From assembly GCA_965262645.1 (NCBI GenBank), contig CBDHFO010000017.1, positions 1,016,582 to 1,080,581 on the forward strand: a stretch of 64,000 nucleotides of DNA, read 5' to 3'. Shown here in pieces: positions 36,475 to 45,847 of the stretch. Every line of letters starts with the position of its first letter. Within the stretch, counting starts at the first letter, position 1. The notes beneath the pieces are model-generated. The model had not been told where the DNA came from and made no database searches. It was given only the letters and a program-made list of their open reading frames with translations. The position numbers were made by a program, and so were the translations under genes. Source of the stretch: Candidatus Marinacidobacterium sp. GTDB lineage: Bacteria > Acidobacteriota > Vicinamibacteria > Marinacidobacterales > Marinacidobacteraceae.

Positions 36475-37671
36475 CTACTGCTCCCGCAGGGCCCCGATCA
36501 CGCTGCGGCGGGCGGCGGCCACCGCGGGCAGGAAACCGCCGATGGCGCCGATGACGAGGGCAAGAACGATCCCCTGAACGAGGAGCTCCGGTGTCACCTC
36601 GAAGGCGAAGGCCACCTGGCTGAACGAGGCCCAGTTGATCGTCGCCGCCCGGAACCCGTCGAACAGGAACCACGACCCGGCCCCCCCCACCGCGGCCCCG
36701 ATGATTCCGAAGACGAGCGACTCGATCATCACCGACAAGACAATCGGCAGCCGGGAGAACCCGAGGGCGCGCAGCGTCGCGATCTCGCGCGAGCGGGAGG
36801 ACACCGCGGCGTACATGGTGTTGAGCGCGGCAAACACGGCGCCCGCCGACATCATGGCGACGATGATCCAGCCGACTACCGAGATGAAGACCTCGATCGG
36901 CCTGGATTGCGCGGCCATGTAGGTGGTCTGCCGCTGGGCGCCGAGGCTCACGCGCGGATCGTCGGTCAACGCCGCCTCGAACGCCTCGAAAGCGCCGGCG
37001 TCGGTGAGACGCACGAGGGCCACGTTCCAGGAGTTGCCGCGCCGGTACATCTGCTGGAGCACGCGGGTGTCCGTCCAGATCTCCGATTCGGCGACGCCGC
37101 CTCCCGCAGTGAACCGGCCGACGACCTCCCAGGAGGCCCGCCCCACATCAATCCGGTCGCCGACGAGCAGACCCTCGAAGGCGCCCGCGGCGCCATCGCC
37201 GACGATGACCTCGTTCCGGCCCGGCTCGAAGTTCCGCCCCTCCACGATTTCGATCTGGTCGCGCAGCGCGAAGGCCGCGGCTTCCACGCCCCGGAGCGGG
37301 ACGTTCGCGTCGGTTCCCACCCCGATCTTCTTGCGATCGATGATCACGAAGAGCTCCGGAGAGACGAGGGGACCGTCGGGTCCACGCGCCACCCCCGGCG
37401 CCTCCCAGAGAACCTGGATGTCCTGATGGTTCAGGATGCTCGCCGATTCACCGATGGAACCGCTCCGGAGCACCACCGCCACATCGTCCCGGGCCTGGCC
37501 GGTCACCACCGCACGGAATCCGGCGGCCATCGAGAGCACGGCGACGAGCACCCCGACAACCCCGGCGATTCCGAAGATCGCAACCACCGAAACCGCGCGC
37601 CGCTCCCAGATGGTCTCCAGGTTGTAGCGGGTGACCGCCTGGCACTGCCGTAGGAGGGAGCCCACGCCCAT
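36475..37671 (-). CDS. ABC transporter permease, FtsX/MacB-like
   Basis: 398 aa. N-terminal TM, large periplasmic domain, three C-terminal TMs with SREIATLRALGFS motif. Confidence 0.85.
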   Translation of the reverse strand: MGVGSLLRQCQAVTRYNLETIWERRAVSVVAIFGIAGVVGVLVAVLSMAAGFRAVVTGQARDDVAVVLRSGSIGESASILNHQDIQVLWEAPGVARGPDGPLVSPELFVIIDRKKIGVGTDANVPLRGVEAAAFALRDQIEIVEGRNFEPGRNEVIVGDGAAGAFEGLLVGDRIDVGRASWEVVGRFTAGGGVAESEIWTDTRVLQQMYRRGNSWNVALVRLTDAGAFEAFEAALTDDPRVSLGAQRQTTYMAAQSRPIEVFISVVGWIIVAMMSAGAVFAALNTMYAAVSSRSREIATLRALGFSRLPIVLSVMIESLVFGIIGAAVGGAGSWFLFDGFRAATINWASFSQVAFAFEVTPELLVQGIVLALVIGAIGGFLPAVAAARRSVIGALREQ

Positions 37672-37683
37672 TTTCCGTACCCC

Positions 37684-38844
37684 TTACAGGCGGCGCAGCG
37701 CGAAGGCCGTCTCCAGCCGCATCGCCCGCCGCGCTGGAAAGATGCCGACGATGAGGCCGGTCACCACCGCGAGACCGAGCCCCAACAACAGATCCGCGGG
37801 CCGCAGGAAGAGGCCCGGGAAATACGCCGAAAGCGCCGACCGGAGAACTTTCTCGAGCCCGACCGCGAGGACCATTCCCAAAAATCCCGCGGTGGTCACC
37901 AGCGTCACCGACTCCATGAGAACGAGACGCTGCACCCGGGTGGCCGTGAAGCCGAGCGCCTTCAGGAGCCCGATCTCGCCGATCCGCTCGCGCACCGACT
38001 GCGCCATGGTGTTGCCGGCGACCAGGAGGATGGTGAAGAAGACGGCGCCGAGGATCGAGGTCACGATCAGCCCCAGGTTGCCGACCTGGTTCGCGAACCC
38101 GGCCGCGAACGCGCCCTCGGACTCGCTCTTGGTCTCGGCGGCGGAATTCCGGAACGCATCGTCGATCGCGGCGGCAACCTCCGCGGCGCGATCCGGATCT
38201 GCGATCCGCACCGCGAACCACCCTACCTGCCCCCGGCCGAAGGAACGAGCCTCGTCGAAGAAGTCGTAGCGGAAGAGGAACTGGGTCTCGTCGAAGCCAT
38301 CGACGTCGCTCGCGTAGACGCCGACCAGCTCGAACTCCCAGGCCTCATCGCCCCTCCCCTGCTGCTGCCAGATGGTGGGCTGAAGCGGGATCCGGTCGCC
38401 GACCTCCCAGCCGAAGCGCTCGACGAGCGCGCGGCCGGCGATGGCGCCGTTCCGGGTTTCGATCCAGCGAAGCTTCGCCTCCTCCGGGATCGAAACCTCC
38501 GGATACATGTCGAGGTATTCCGCGGGCTCCACCGGAGACTGCATGAAGAAGTTGGAGGGATCCTGGTACACGCCGCCGAACCAGGTCATGTGCATCGCGT
38601 CGATGACGCCGGGGACCTCCTCCATCTCGGCTTCGTAGGACTCGGGGAGAAGCTGGAAGAGCGAAACCCGGTGACGCACCACCAGCCGGTCCTCGTTGGC
38701 GATATCGGCCCCCATCGAAAAGGCCGCCTGCAGCATGGACAAAACGCCGAAGATCAGGAACGCGAAGACCACCGATGAGAAGGTCAGGAAGGTCCTGGTC
38801 TTCTTCCGCCGGAGCGCCGCGCTGATCAGCGTGAAGGAAGTCAT
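37684..38844 (-). CDS. ABC transporter permease, FtsX/MacB-like (second copy)
   Basis: ATG 38842-38844 (MTSFTLISAALRRKKTRTFLTF) overlaps the ATPase stop (ATGA). IGEIGLLKALGFT motif. The track ORF extension to 39072 is overlap artefact. Confidence 0.85.
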   Translation of the reverse strand: MTSFTLISAALRRKKTRTFLTFSSVVFAFLIFGVLSMLQAAFSMGADIANEDRLVVRHRVSLFQLLPESYEAEMEEVPGVIDAMHMTWFGGVYQDPSNFFMQSPVEPAEYLDMYPEVSIPEEAKLRWIETRNGAIAGRALVERFGWEVGDRIPLQPTIWQQQGRGDEAWEFELVGVYASDVDGFDETQFLFRYDFFDEARSFGRGQVGWFAVRIADPDRAAEVAAAIDDAFRNSAAETKSESEGAFAAGFANQVGNLGLIVTSILGAVFFTILLVAGNTMAQSVRERIGEIGLLKALGFTATRVQRLVLMESVTLVTTAGFLGMVLAVGLEKVLRSALSAYFPGLFLRPADLLLGLGLAVVTGLIVGIFPARRAMRLETAFALRRL

Positions 38845-39644
38845 ACCGCCGCCCCGGCCGGTTCGTGAACGGGCATCACGATCGTCCCGTCGTGTCCGCA
38901 GTCGGCCAGCCGGCCGTCCTCGAGATGGAGCACCCGGGAGGCACGCTCCGCAGCGACCGGGTCGTGCGTCACCATCAGGATGGTCTTTCCCTGGTCGCGG
39001 TTGAGAGCCACCAGCAGATCGAGAATCTCGTTGCTCGTCCCCCGGTCGAGATCCCCGGTCGGCTCGTCGCACACCAGGAGCGCCGGATCGTTCACCAGGG
39101 CGCGAGCAATGCCGACCCGTTGCTGCTCACCGCCCGAGAGTTCCCGGGGACGGTGTTTGGCCCGATCGGAAAGGCCGACGATTTCGAGGGCGATGGCAAC
39201 CCGGCGGCGTCGCTCACGGGCGGAAAACGAGGTCAGCAGCAGTGGCACCGCGACGTTCCGTTCGGCGTTCAGCGCCCCGAGGAGGTTCGAGAACTGGAAG
39301 ATGAACCCGATGTTGCGGGCCCTCCAGCCGGCCAGGCGCCGCTCGGAGAGGCTGTGAATCGGGGAACCGCCCACGATCACTTCGCCGCTGGTCGGCCGGT
39401 CGAGCCCGGCAACGAGGTTCAAGAGCGTGGACTTCCCGGAGCCCGAGGGCCCCATGAGCGCGAGGAAATCTCCCTTTTCCATGCGCAGGGTGAAGCCCCG
39501 CAACACCGGAACCGGCGTCCGGCCGCGGCGGAAGGTCCGGGTGACGTTCCGCACATCCACCATCGCTTCCGCCGCGGCTCCGTTTCCGCTGTCCGTTTCC
39601 GAAATCCCTTCCGAAATCCCTTCCGAAATTACTGTCTCACTCAT
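38841..39644 (-). CDS. ABC transporter ATP-binding protein (MacB/LolD-like)
   Basis: Walker A GPSGSGKST, signature LSGGEQQR, Walker B LLVCDEPTGDLD. The N-terminus carries (SEGI)2 from a 12-bp repeat at 39598-39630. Confidence 0.9.
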   Translation of the reverse strand: MSETVISEGISEGISETDSGNGAAAEAMVDVRNVTRTFRRGRTPVPVLRGFTLRMEKGDFLALMGPSGSGKSTLLNLVAGLDRPTSGEVIVGGSPIHSLSERRLAGWRARNIGFIFQFSNLLGALNAERNVAVPLLLTSFSARERRRRVAIALEIVGLSDRAKHRPRELSGGEQQRVGIARALVNDPALLVCDEPTGDLDRGTSNEILDLLVALNRDQGKTILMVTHDPVAAERASRVLHLEDGRLADCGHDGTIVMPVHEPAGAAV

Positions 39645-39680
39645 CTGAGAGTTCTCCTTGCGGCTCTCCTTGCCCCGAAA

Positions 39681-40916
39681 TCACGGGGCCGCGGCCGCTT
39701 CCACGACTTCCGCGCCGTCCGCGAGGCCGGGGGGGCCCTCCAAGACGACCCGGTCGCCCTCCACGAGTCCGGAGAGCACGAATACATCGGACCCGCGGCG
39801 GTCGCCCAGCCGGACCGCCCGGCGCTGGACCCGTCCGTCGCGCACCAGATAGACCAGGTCCCGCCCGGTGTCCTGAAACACCGCCGCAGCTTCGACCAGC
39901 AGACCCTCCGGGGCCTCTTCCGGTTCCGCTTCCGCGGAACGGAAACTCACCTTGACCCCCATGTCCGGAAGAATCCGGGGGTCCAGTTCTTCGAAGCCGA
40001 TCCGGACCCGGACCGTGGCCCGGTCGCGGTCGGCCGTTGGGATGATCGCAATCACCCGCGCCGGGATCGTCCAGTCGTCGTAGGAGTCGAGGATCGCATC
40101 CACCGGCTGCCCGGGCGATACCCGGTTGATGTAGGCCTCGTTGACATCCACCTCGATCTCCAGCGAGGTCATGTCCACGATGGTGCCGATGCCGGTGCGG
40201 GTGAAGCCGGCGCCTCCGGCGATCGGGGACATCATCTCGCCCGGCTGGGCGTTCTTCGCGGTGATGACGCCGTCGAAGGGCGCCCGGATCACCATGTCCT
40301 CGATCTGCTGGCCGATGACGTCCGCCCGCCGCTCCGAAACCCGGATGTCCTCCTGCTGGCGCTCGCTACGCGCTTCCAGGGTCGCTACCTCTCCATTGAC
40401 CCGGTCAAGGTCCGCCTGTCCGGCTACCCGCTCTTCCACGAGGCGTCTGGTCCGCTCCTGGCGAAGACGCGCCTCGGCAAGCTGGGCCTCCACTTCGAGA
40501 ACCGCCTTCCGGGCCACCGCCGTCTGCGCTTCCGCCAACCCGAAACTCCGCTCCAGGTTCGAGGAGTCGAGCCGGGCGAGTACCTGCCCCGCGGTCACCT
40601 CCATGCCTTCCTCGATGGCGATCTCGATGATCTGCCCCGCCGTCTTGGATGAGACGGTGGCTTGCCGGCGCGCGGTCACGTAGCCGCTCGCGTTGAGGAC
40701 CGTGGTCCCGGCGTCTACGGAGACCGAGCGCACCCGCGCCGTGCGCACAGCGAGCACTTCGGGTTCCGACCCGAGGAGGAAGACCGCCGATACCCCACCC
40801 CCGATGACCAGGATCCCGCCGATGATCGCGGTTACGAGCGCAAACGGACGCGAGCCGCGCTGCTCCTCACCGATCTTCAGTTCGGCGAGCCGGTCAGCGG
40901 GTCTTGAGGGAGTCAT
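39681..40916 (-). CDS. Efflux transporter periplasmic adaptor (HlyD/MacA family)
   Basis: 411 aa. N-terminal TM, coiled-coil hairpin region, beta-barrel C-terminal domains. Confidence 0.85.
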   Translation of the reverse strand: MTPSRPADRLAELKIGEEQRGSRPFALVTAIIGGILVIGGGVSAVFLLGSEPEVLAVRTARVRSVSVDAGTTVLNASGYVTARRQATVSSKTAGQIIEIAIEEGMEVTAGQVLARLDSSNLERSFGLAEAQTAVARKAVLEVEAQLAEARLRQERTRRLVEERVAGQADLDRVNGEVATLEARSERQQEDIRVSERRADVIGQQIEDMVIRAPFDGVITAKNAQPGEMMSPIAGGAGFTRTGIGTIVDMTSLEIEVDVNEAYINRVSPGQPVDAILDSYDDWTIPARVIAIIPTADRDRATVRVRIGFEELDPRILPDMGVKVSFRSAEAEPEEAPEGLLVEAAAVFQDTGRDLVYLVRDGRVQRRAVRLGDRRGSDVFVLSGLVEGDRVVLEGPPGLADGAEVVEAAAAP

Positions 40917-41043
40917 GCGGAGTCACCCGACGCTACGAGGCGCGTTTCCCAAAGGTTCCGGACCCCTGCCGGGAACCCGGTAGGCGTCTGGCGGGCGGAT
41001 CAAGGAAAGCCTTTGTTGTCGCACCGCGTGTAACCCGCGAATG

Positions 41044-41748
41044 TTACAGATGGGACCGTGAGTGGCGCTCGGCGCTCGGTTCCCGAACGGGGACCGGGTG
41101 ATCGCCCGGGAGGGTGAGCAGGACGCCGTAGCCCCGGCAGCGCGGATCCTGGACGTAGTCCGGAATCAGCCCTCCCGGACGAAACCCGATCCGCATCTGA
41201 GCGGAAACCGTGGGGTCCTCGAGGACCCCCGCCACCAGGCGCTCGTAGTACTCCTCCGCGCTCATCCGATCGGCGACCGCCCCATAGCCGTTCAGCATGC
41301 CGACGGTGAGCTGGCCGCGCAGGCCGAGGCGAACGGCGGCGGATTGCCGGGCCGCATAGAGCGCCCGGGCAACACCTCGCCTCCTCCAGGCCGGGTGGAC
41401 CCCGAGATCGGCCCCGTAGAGCCACTCCCCGGCCGGATCATGAGCACGGAGCGACAACCCTCCCAGGAACTCCGGGAAGCGGTGCTGCGGACGGCGAAGA
41501 TCGAGGTTCAGCCGCAGGGTCGTGGTCGCCGCAATCAGGGTCTCCGGGCGCCCCTCGTCGAGGGCCACGAACTGACCCGCAGGAAAGATCTCGACGTGCC
41601 GGCGGTAGTGATGAGCCTCGAAACGTTCCGAAGAGTCCAGCGTGGGGAACACGATGCGCTGGAGTTCGGCCAGCGCCTCCGCGTGTTGAGCCGCGGTGGG
41701 CGCGATTCTCCAGCGGGGCGCGGACGCCTCTGGATCCGCGACCGTCAA
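41044..41748 (-). CDS. GNAT-family N-acetyltransferase
   Basis: ...LGVHPAWRRRGVARALY (acetyl-CoA binding Q/RxxGxG/A-like motif). The only in-frame start after the symporter stop is TTG 41746-41748, overlapping that stop (TTGA). The rest of track ORF 41044..42732 is antisense/overlap artefact. Confidence 0.65.
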   Translation of the reverse strand: MTVADPEASAPRWRIAPTAAQHAEALAELQRIVFPTLDSSERFEAHHYRRHVEIFPAGQFVALDEGRPETLIAATTTLRLNLDLRRPQHRFPEFLGGLSLRAHDPAGEWLYGADLGVHPAWRRRGVARALYAARQSAAVRLGLRGQLTVGMLNGYGAVADRMSAEEYYERLVAGVLEDPTVSAQMRIGFRPGGLIPDYVQDPRCRGYGVLLTLPGDHPVPVREPSAERHSRSHL

Positions 41749-43247
41749 GCGGACGCCGGGGGACGGAGACCCAGGGTCCCGAGACGACCCTGTTCCTCGA
41801 TCGGCCGCCCCGAGGCATCGGTGAGCACCCGCGGCGGGTGGCTCTTCGCGGTCAGCAGGGACACCACCACGGTCGCCAGCAGGGAAACGGGGGTGGCGAT
41901 GAGCGCGTTCGGCAGTTCCGTCACGTTTCCGGGCGACACGGCGCCCCAGACCAATTCCACCCCGATGAGCCCCAGCCAGGTCGCCAGTCCGGCGACGATG
42001 CCGCACACGGCTCCCGGACCGTTCGTCCGTTTCCAGTACATCCCCAGGGTGAGCGGGCCAAAGAGTCCCACCATCATGACCGTCCAGGACTCGACCATCA
42101 GCGAATAGACGCTCTGGAACCAGAGGGCTACCGCCAGCGCCAGTCCGCAAAAGATGACGACGCCCACCCGAACGGCGAGGAGCACCTCTTTGGGCTTCAG
42201 GTCGGGCGCCACGTTCCGCATGATGTTCTGCCCGAAGATGCTTGCCGGGGCGAGCAGTCCGCTGTCCGCCGAACTCATGAGCGCCGAAAAGAGCGCGCCG
42301 AGGAAGAGGGCGAGACCCACTGGCGGGAGGTACGCCATGGCGAGACGCGGCACGATCTCTTCCGGGTTCTGAAGCCCCGGCATGAGCACCGAACCGATCA
42401 TCCCGAGCGCCACCGGGATAAGGCCGACCACCAGGTAGAGCGAACCCCCGAAGTAGGCGGCCCACTGCGCCACCCTTTCGCTCTTGGAACTGAACGCCCG
42501 CTGCATCAGGTCCTGGCCGGGGAGGTTGCCGAGCCCGATCACCAGCCAGGCCTGTACGAAGAAGAGCCATTCCAGCAGCCCGCCGGTGGGCAGGAAGCGC
42601 GTGCGCCCCTCCGGTAGCCGGTCGAGCACGGCAGCAACGCCGCCAGCTTCCCCGACAACGATGGGAAGCAGGAGCACGATCGCCGCGATCAGGACCAGCG
42701 CCTGGAAGAAGTCGGTGAGGGTCACCCCCCACATCCCGCCGAGCACCGTGTAGATGAGCACGATGACAGCGGCGATGAGGATGCTGGCGATGAAGGGAAG
42801 GCCCGCCATTGCCGAGAGCACGGTGCCGACCGCCAGGAGCTGTGAGCCCACCCAGCCGATGTAAGCCGGGAGAATCGAGAGCGCGGAAAGGATCTCCGCT
42901 GGCCGCCCGAACCGGCGACGGAAGAAGTCGGGAACGGTGAGCAGGCGCATGCGCCGCAGGAGCCTTACGTAGAACGCGCCGGCGAGGAGCAGGCAGAGCG
43001 CGGCGCCAAAGGGATCGGCGACCACCGCATTCAAGCCGCCCGCATAGGAGGCCCCGGCCGCTCCAATCATCGTTCCGCCCCCGAACCAGGTGGCAAAGAG
43101 GGTGAAGGTGCAGAGTCCCAGGCCGAGCCGGCGGCCCGCGACGACGAAATCGGTGGCGTTCTTGATCCGGGTGGAGGCGACGGCGCCCAGGAACAGGAGT
43201 CCCAGCAGGTAGGCGGCGACCGTGACGATGACGAACGTCTGGGTCAT
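41745..43247 (-). CDS. Sodium:solute symporter (SSS) family transporter
   Basis: 500 aa, ~13 TM segments. N-terminal ...FVVAGRRLGLGLCTFTLFATWFGGGT typical of the SSS family. Confidence 0.9.
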   Translation of the reverse strand: MTQTFVIVTVAAYLLGLLFLGAVASTRIKNATDFVVAGRRLGLGLCTFTLFATWFGGGTMIGAAGASYAGGLNAVVADPFGAALCLLLAGAFYVRLLRRMRLLTVPDFFRRRFGRPAEILSALSILPAYIGWVGSQLLAVGTVLSAMAGLPFIASILIAAVIVLIYTVLGGMWGVTLTDFFQALVLIAAIVLLLPIVVGEAGGVAAVLDRLPEGRTRFLPTGGLLEWLFFVQAWLVIGLGNLPGQDLMQRAFSSKSERVAQWAAYFGGSLYLVVGLIPVALGMIGSVLMPGLQNPEEIVPRLAMAYLPPVGLALFLGALFSALMSSADSGLLAPASIFGQNIMRNVAPDLKPKEVLLAVRVGVVIFCGLALAVALWFQSVYSLMVESWTVMMVGLFGPLTLGMYWKRTNGPGAVCGIVAGLATWLGLIGVELVWGAVSPGNVTELPNALIATPVSLLATVVVSLLTAKSHPPRVLTDASGRPIEEQGRLGTLGLRPPASA

Positions 43248-43318
43248 CGCGCGGCCTCCGTTTGCGGGCTACTGCCCGCTCGGGGTTGCTGGGCTGTAGC
43301 CGTCGTCACGGCGACTCG

Positions 43319-44341
43319 CTAACGATCGATGCGCCGCCGGTACGCTTCGGTTTCGTAGACCTCCGGGTTCACGCAGTTCGGCGCGCGCTTCCGGGTCAGG
43401 TGAGCGACCGCGTTCTCGGCGCACATGGTGGCCATCCGGTCCCGGGTAGCCACGCTGCCGCTGGCGATGTGCGGAAGCATCACCACCTGGCCGCACTCGG
43501 CGAGTCCCGGCTGGAAGGCCGGCTCGTGCTCGAACACGTCGAGGCCGGCCCCGCCGATCTGGCCCGACTTGAGGGCGTCGACGAGCGCCGCTTCGTCCAC
43601 GACCGGGCCGCGCGCGCTGTTGATCAGGATCGCGGTCTTCTTCATCCGGGCAAAGGCGTCCGCATTGAACAGATGATGCGTCGAGGGGTTGAGATCCGTG
43701 TGGATCGTGACGAAGTCGCTGCGAGCGAGCAGTTCGCCGAATTCCGCGTACTCCACATCCGGGCGGGCTTCGATGATCGCCTTCATGGGTGGATCGAAGG
43801 CGAGCACGTCCATGTCGAAACCCTGCGCCCGCTTGTGCATCGCCTGGCCGATCCGCCCGAAGCCGACGACCCCGAGCGTCTTGCGGCGCCCGTCTCCCCC
43901 AGGGCTCACGTCGGCGCCCAGCATGAGCGACGGCCCCCAGATCCGGTAGCGACCCTGTCGCATGTAGGCGTCGGCGGGAACGACCTGTCGGGCCACCGCC
44001 ATCAGGAGCGCCCAGGCGAGGTCGGCGGTGGTGTCGGTGAGGACGCCCGGGGTGTTGGTGATGGGTAGCCCGAGTTCGGTAGCCGCCGGCACGTCCACGT
44101 TGTTGAAACCGACGGCGTAGTTGGCGACCCCCAGCAACTGCGGGGCCGATTCCATGAGTTCCCGGTCCACCGCTTCGGTCAACAAGGAGACATGAACATC
44201 GGCGCCGCGGGCGCCGGCCAGCACCTGGTCCCGCGGGGTCGAATCACCGTCGGCAGTAGGCGCCACCTCGACCTCGGCCGCGGCGCGCAGGACGGCGAGA
44301 CCGGCTTCCGGAATGGGGCGGGTAACGAAGATGCGGCTCAT
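43319..44341 (-). CDS. D-isomer-specific 2-hydroxyacid dehydrogenase (glyoxylate/hydroxypyruvate reductase-like)
   Basis: 340 aa. NAD motif GVVGFGRIGQAM, catalytic ...SARG..VDE... and LPHIAS. Confidence 0.9.
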   Translation of the reverse strand: MSRIFVTRPIPEAGLAVLRAAAEVEVAPTADGDSTPRDQVLAGARGADVHVSLLTEAVDRELMESAPQLLGVANYAVGFNNVDVPAATELGLPITNTPGVLTDTTADLAWALLMAVARQVVPADAYMRQGRYRIWGPSLMLGADVSPGGDGRRKTLGVVGFGRIGQAMHKRAQGFDMDVLAFDPPMKAIIEARPDVEYAEFGELLARSDFVTIHTDLNPSTHHLFNADAFARMKKTAILINSARGPVVDEAALVDALKSGQIGGAGLDVFEHEPAFQPGLAECGQVVMLPHIASGSVATRDRMATMCAENAVAHLTRKRAPNCVNPEVYETEAYRRRIDR

Positions 44342-45645
44342 GCGGCGATTCCCAGGGCAATTTGATCGTCGAGGAAGCGGACGAACCCGTCGTGGTCGGC
44401 CACCCCGGCGGCGATCCGGCGGATTCCCTCGCGAAGCGAATCCATGTCCGCCGCGTAGGAGAGGCGGAGGAAGTCCTGTCCCTCGCTGCCGATGACGCCA
44501 AAGCTGCGGCGGTCCACCAGGGCGACCCCGTGGTAGTAGAGGAGGAACCGGGACACCAGGGTTGCGGGACTGGTCCCCGCCTTCCGGGAATCCGGCAGCG
44601 ACTCGAAGTGCGCCGTGGCGCCCAGGGATTCACAGACGCCCGAGATGTTCGGAAACACGTAAAAGGCACCGAGCGGATTCGCGCAGCGGATCCCGTGGAC
44701 AGCGTTGAGCGCCGGCACCACGTAGTCGCGGCGCCGCTTGAACTCCGCCACCATCGAACCCACCACCTCAAGGGTCTTGGGGTTCTCGAGCGCCTCGCGG
44801 GCCGCCTGCTGAATGAAGGGCGGAACGCAGCTCACTGTGTTGATGTTGATCTGCTTGAACCGGGTGGCCTCCTCCGCGGTGGGGAGCACGCACCACCCGA
44901 GCCGCCAGCCGGTCATCGCGTAGCCCTTCGAGTGTCCGCTCGCGATGATCGTGTTCCCCTCCATTCCCGGAAGGGAAGCCATCGACGTATGTTCGAAGCC
45001 ATCGAAGGTGATGTGCTCGTAGATCTCATCCGAATAGATGCGGATGTCCGGGCGGGCGCGCTCGCGCACCAATGCGGCAACCTCCTCGAGCAGGCTCTTC
45101 GGAAGTACCCCGCCCGTGGGATTCGAGGGGGAGCACAGCATCAGGACCTTCGTCTTTTCCGTGAGCAACCGGTCGAGATCCTCCACCGTGAAGGAGAAGC
45201 CGCGCTCTTCGCGGAGCACGAGCGGTTTCGGCACGCCCCCGAGATAGGTCACCCACGATTCGTAAATCGGGAACCCCGGGCTCGGATAGATGACCTCGTC
45301 GCCGGGATCCACGTAGGCCATCATCGTGTAGCCGATGGCCGGCTTCGCCCCCGGGAGGACGATGATCCGATCCGCGGTCACCTCGATGCCGCGCGTCCGG
45401 GACACGTAGCTGGCCAGGGCTTCCCGGAGCGGAGCGATCCCGGCGGGGTCCGTGTAGTGGGTGTCCCCGGCGCGGATGGCGGCGATCCCGGCTTCGTTGA
45501 TGTGCGGGGCGCTGTCGAAGTCGGGTTCGCCGATGGTGAAGGGAATGACATCCACGCCGCGGGCGCGGGCGCGGGCCACGTCTTCCCCGATCTTGAACGC
45601 GTTTTCGGTACCCAGGTGGCCGAAACGCCGGGCAAAAAGAGGCAT
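44338..45645 (-). CDS. Pyridoxal-phosphate-dependent aminotransferase (class I/II)
   Basis: ATG 45643-45645 (MPLFARRFGHLGTENAFKI). SPSNPTGG, SGHSKGYAMTGWRLG (PLP lysine). Stop overlaps the dehydrogenase start. Confidence 0.9.
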   Translation of the reverse strand: MPLFARRFGHLGTENAFKIGEDVARARARGVDVIPFTIGEPDFDSAPHINEAGIAAIRAGDTHYTDPAGIAPLREALASYVSRTRGIEVTADRIIVLPGAKPAIGYTMMAYVDPGDEVIYPSPGFPIYESWVTYLGGVPKPLVLREERGFSFTVEDLDRLLTEKTKVLMLCSPSNPTGGVLPKSLLEEVAALVRERARPDIRIYSDEIYEHITFDGFEHTSMASLPGMEGNTIIASGHSKGYAMTGWRLGWCVLPTAEEATRFKQININTVSCVPPFIQQAAREALENPKTLEVVGSMVAEFKRRRDYVVPALNAVHGIRCANPLGAFYVFPNISGVCESLGATAHFESLPDSRKAGTSPATLVSRFLLYYHGVALVDRRSFGVIGSEGQDFLRLSYAADMDSLREGIRRIAAGVADHDGFVRFLDDQIALGIAA

Positions 45646-45788
45646 GTTTTCTTCAGGCAAGCGCCGGGGAGATCGCCCTTCCTGGGCCGGACGGCGCGTC
45701 GGGGGGCGGATGATATATTGGCCCGTCGCGTTCTCGGGTGTCCGCGATGATCGTCTCTCCCAAGGAGTCTGACTAGCGCGGCCCCATT

Positions 45789-45847
45789 CGGGTTTTTCAG
45801 GTGCGGGTTCTTCAGGTTCGGGTTCTTCAGGTGCGGGTGTTTCGATG
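45789..45847. repeat. 15-bp tandem repeat x4 in a divergent promoter region
   Basis: CGGGTTTTTCAGGTG / CGGGTTCTTCAGGTT / CGGGTTCTTCAGGTG / CGGGTGTTTCGATG. Confidence 0.9.

Noticed and set aside
36116-36577. ORFs running through the 83-bp array as a repeat protein.
   Set aside because: 83 is not divisible by 3, so each unit is read in a different frame, and the peptide repeats are frame-shifted versions of each other.
40940-40975. The hairpin GGTTCCGG-ACCCCTG-CCGGGAACC as an intrinsic terminator after the GNAT gene.
   Set aside because: There is no U-tract on the transcribed strand. It could equally be part of the efflux-operon promoter region. Evidence is too weak to call.
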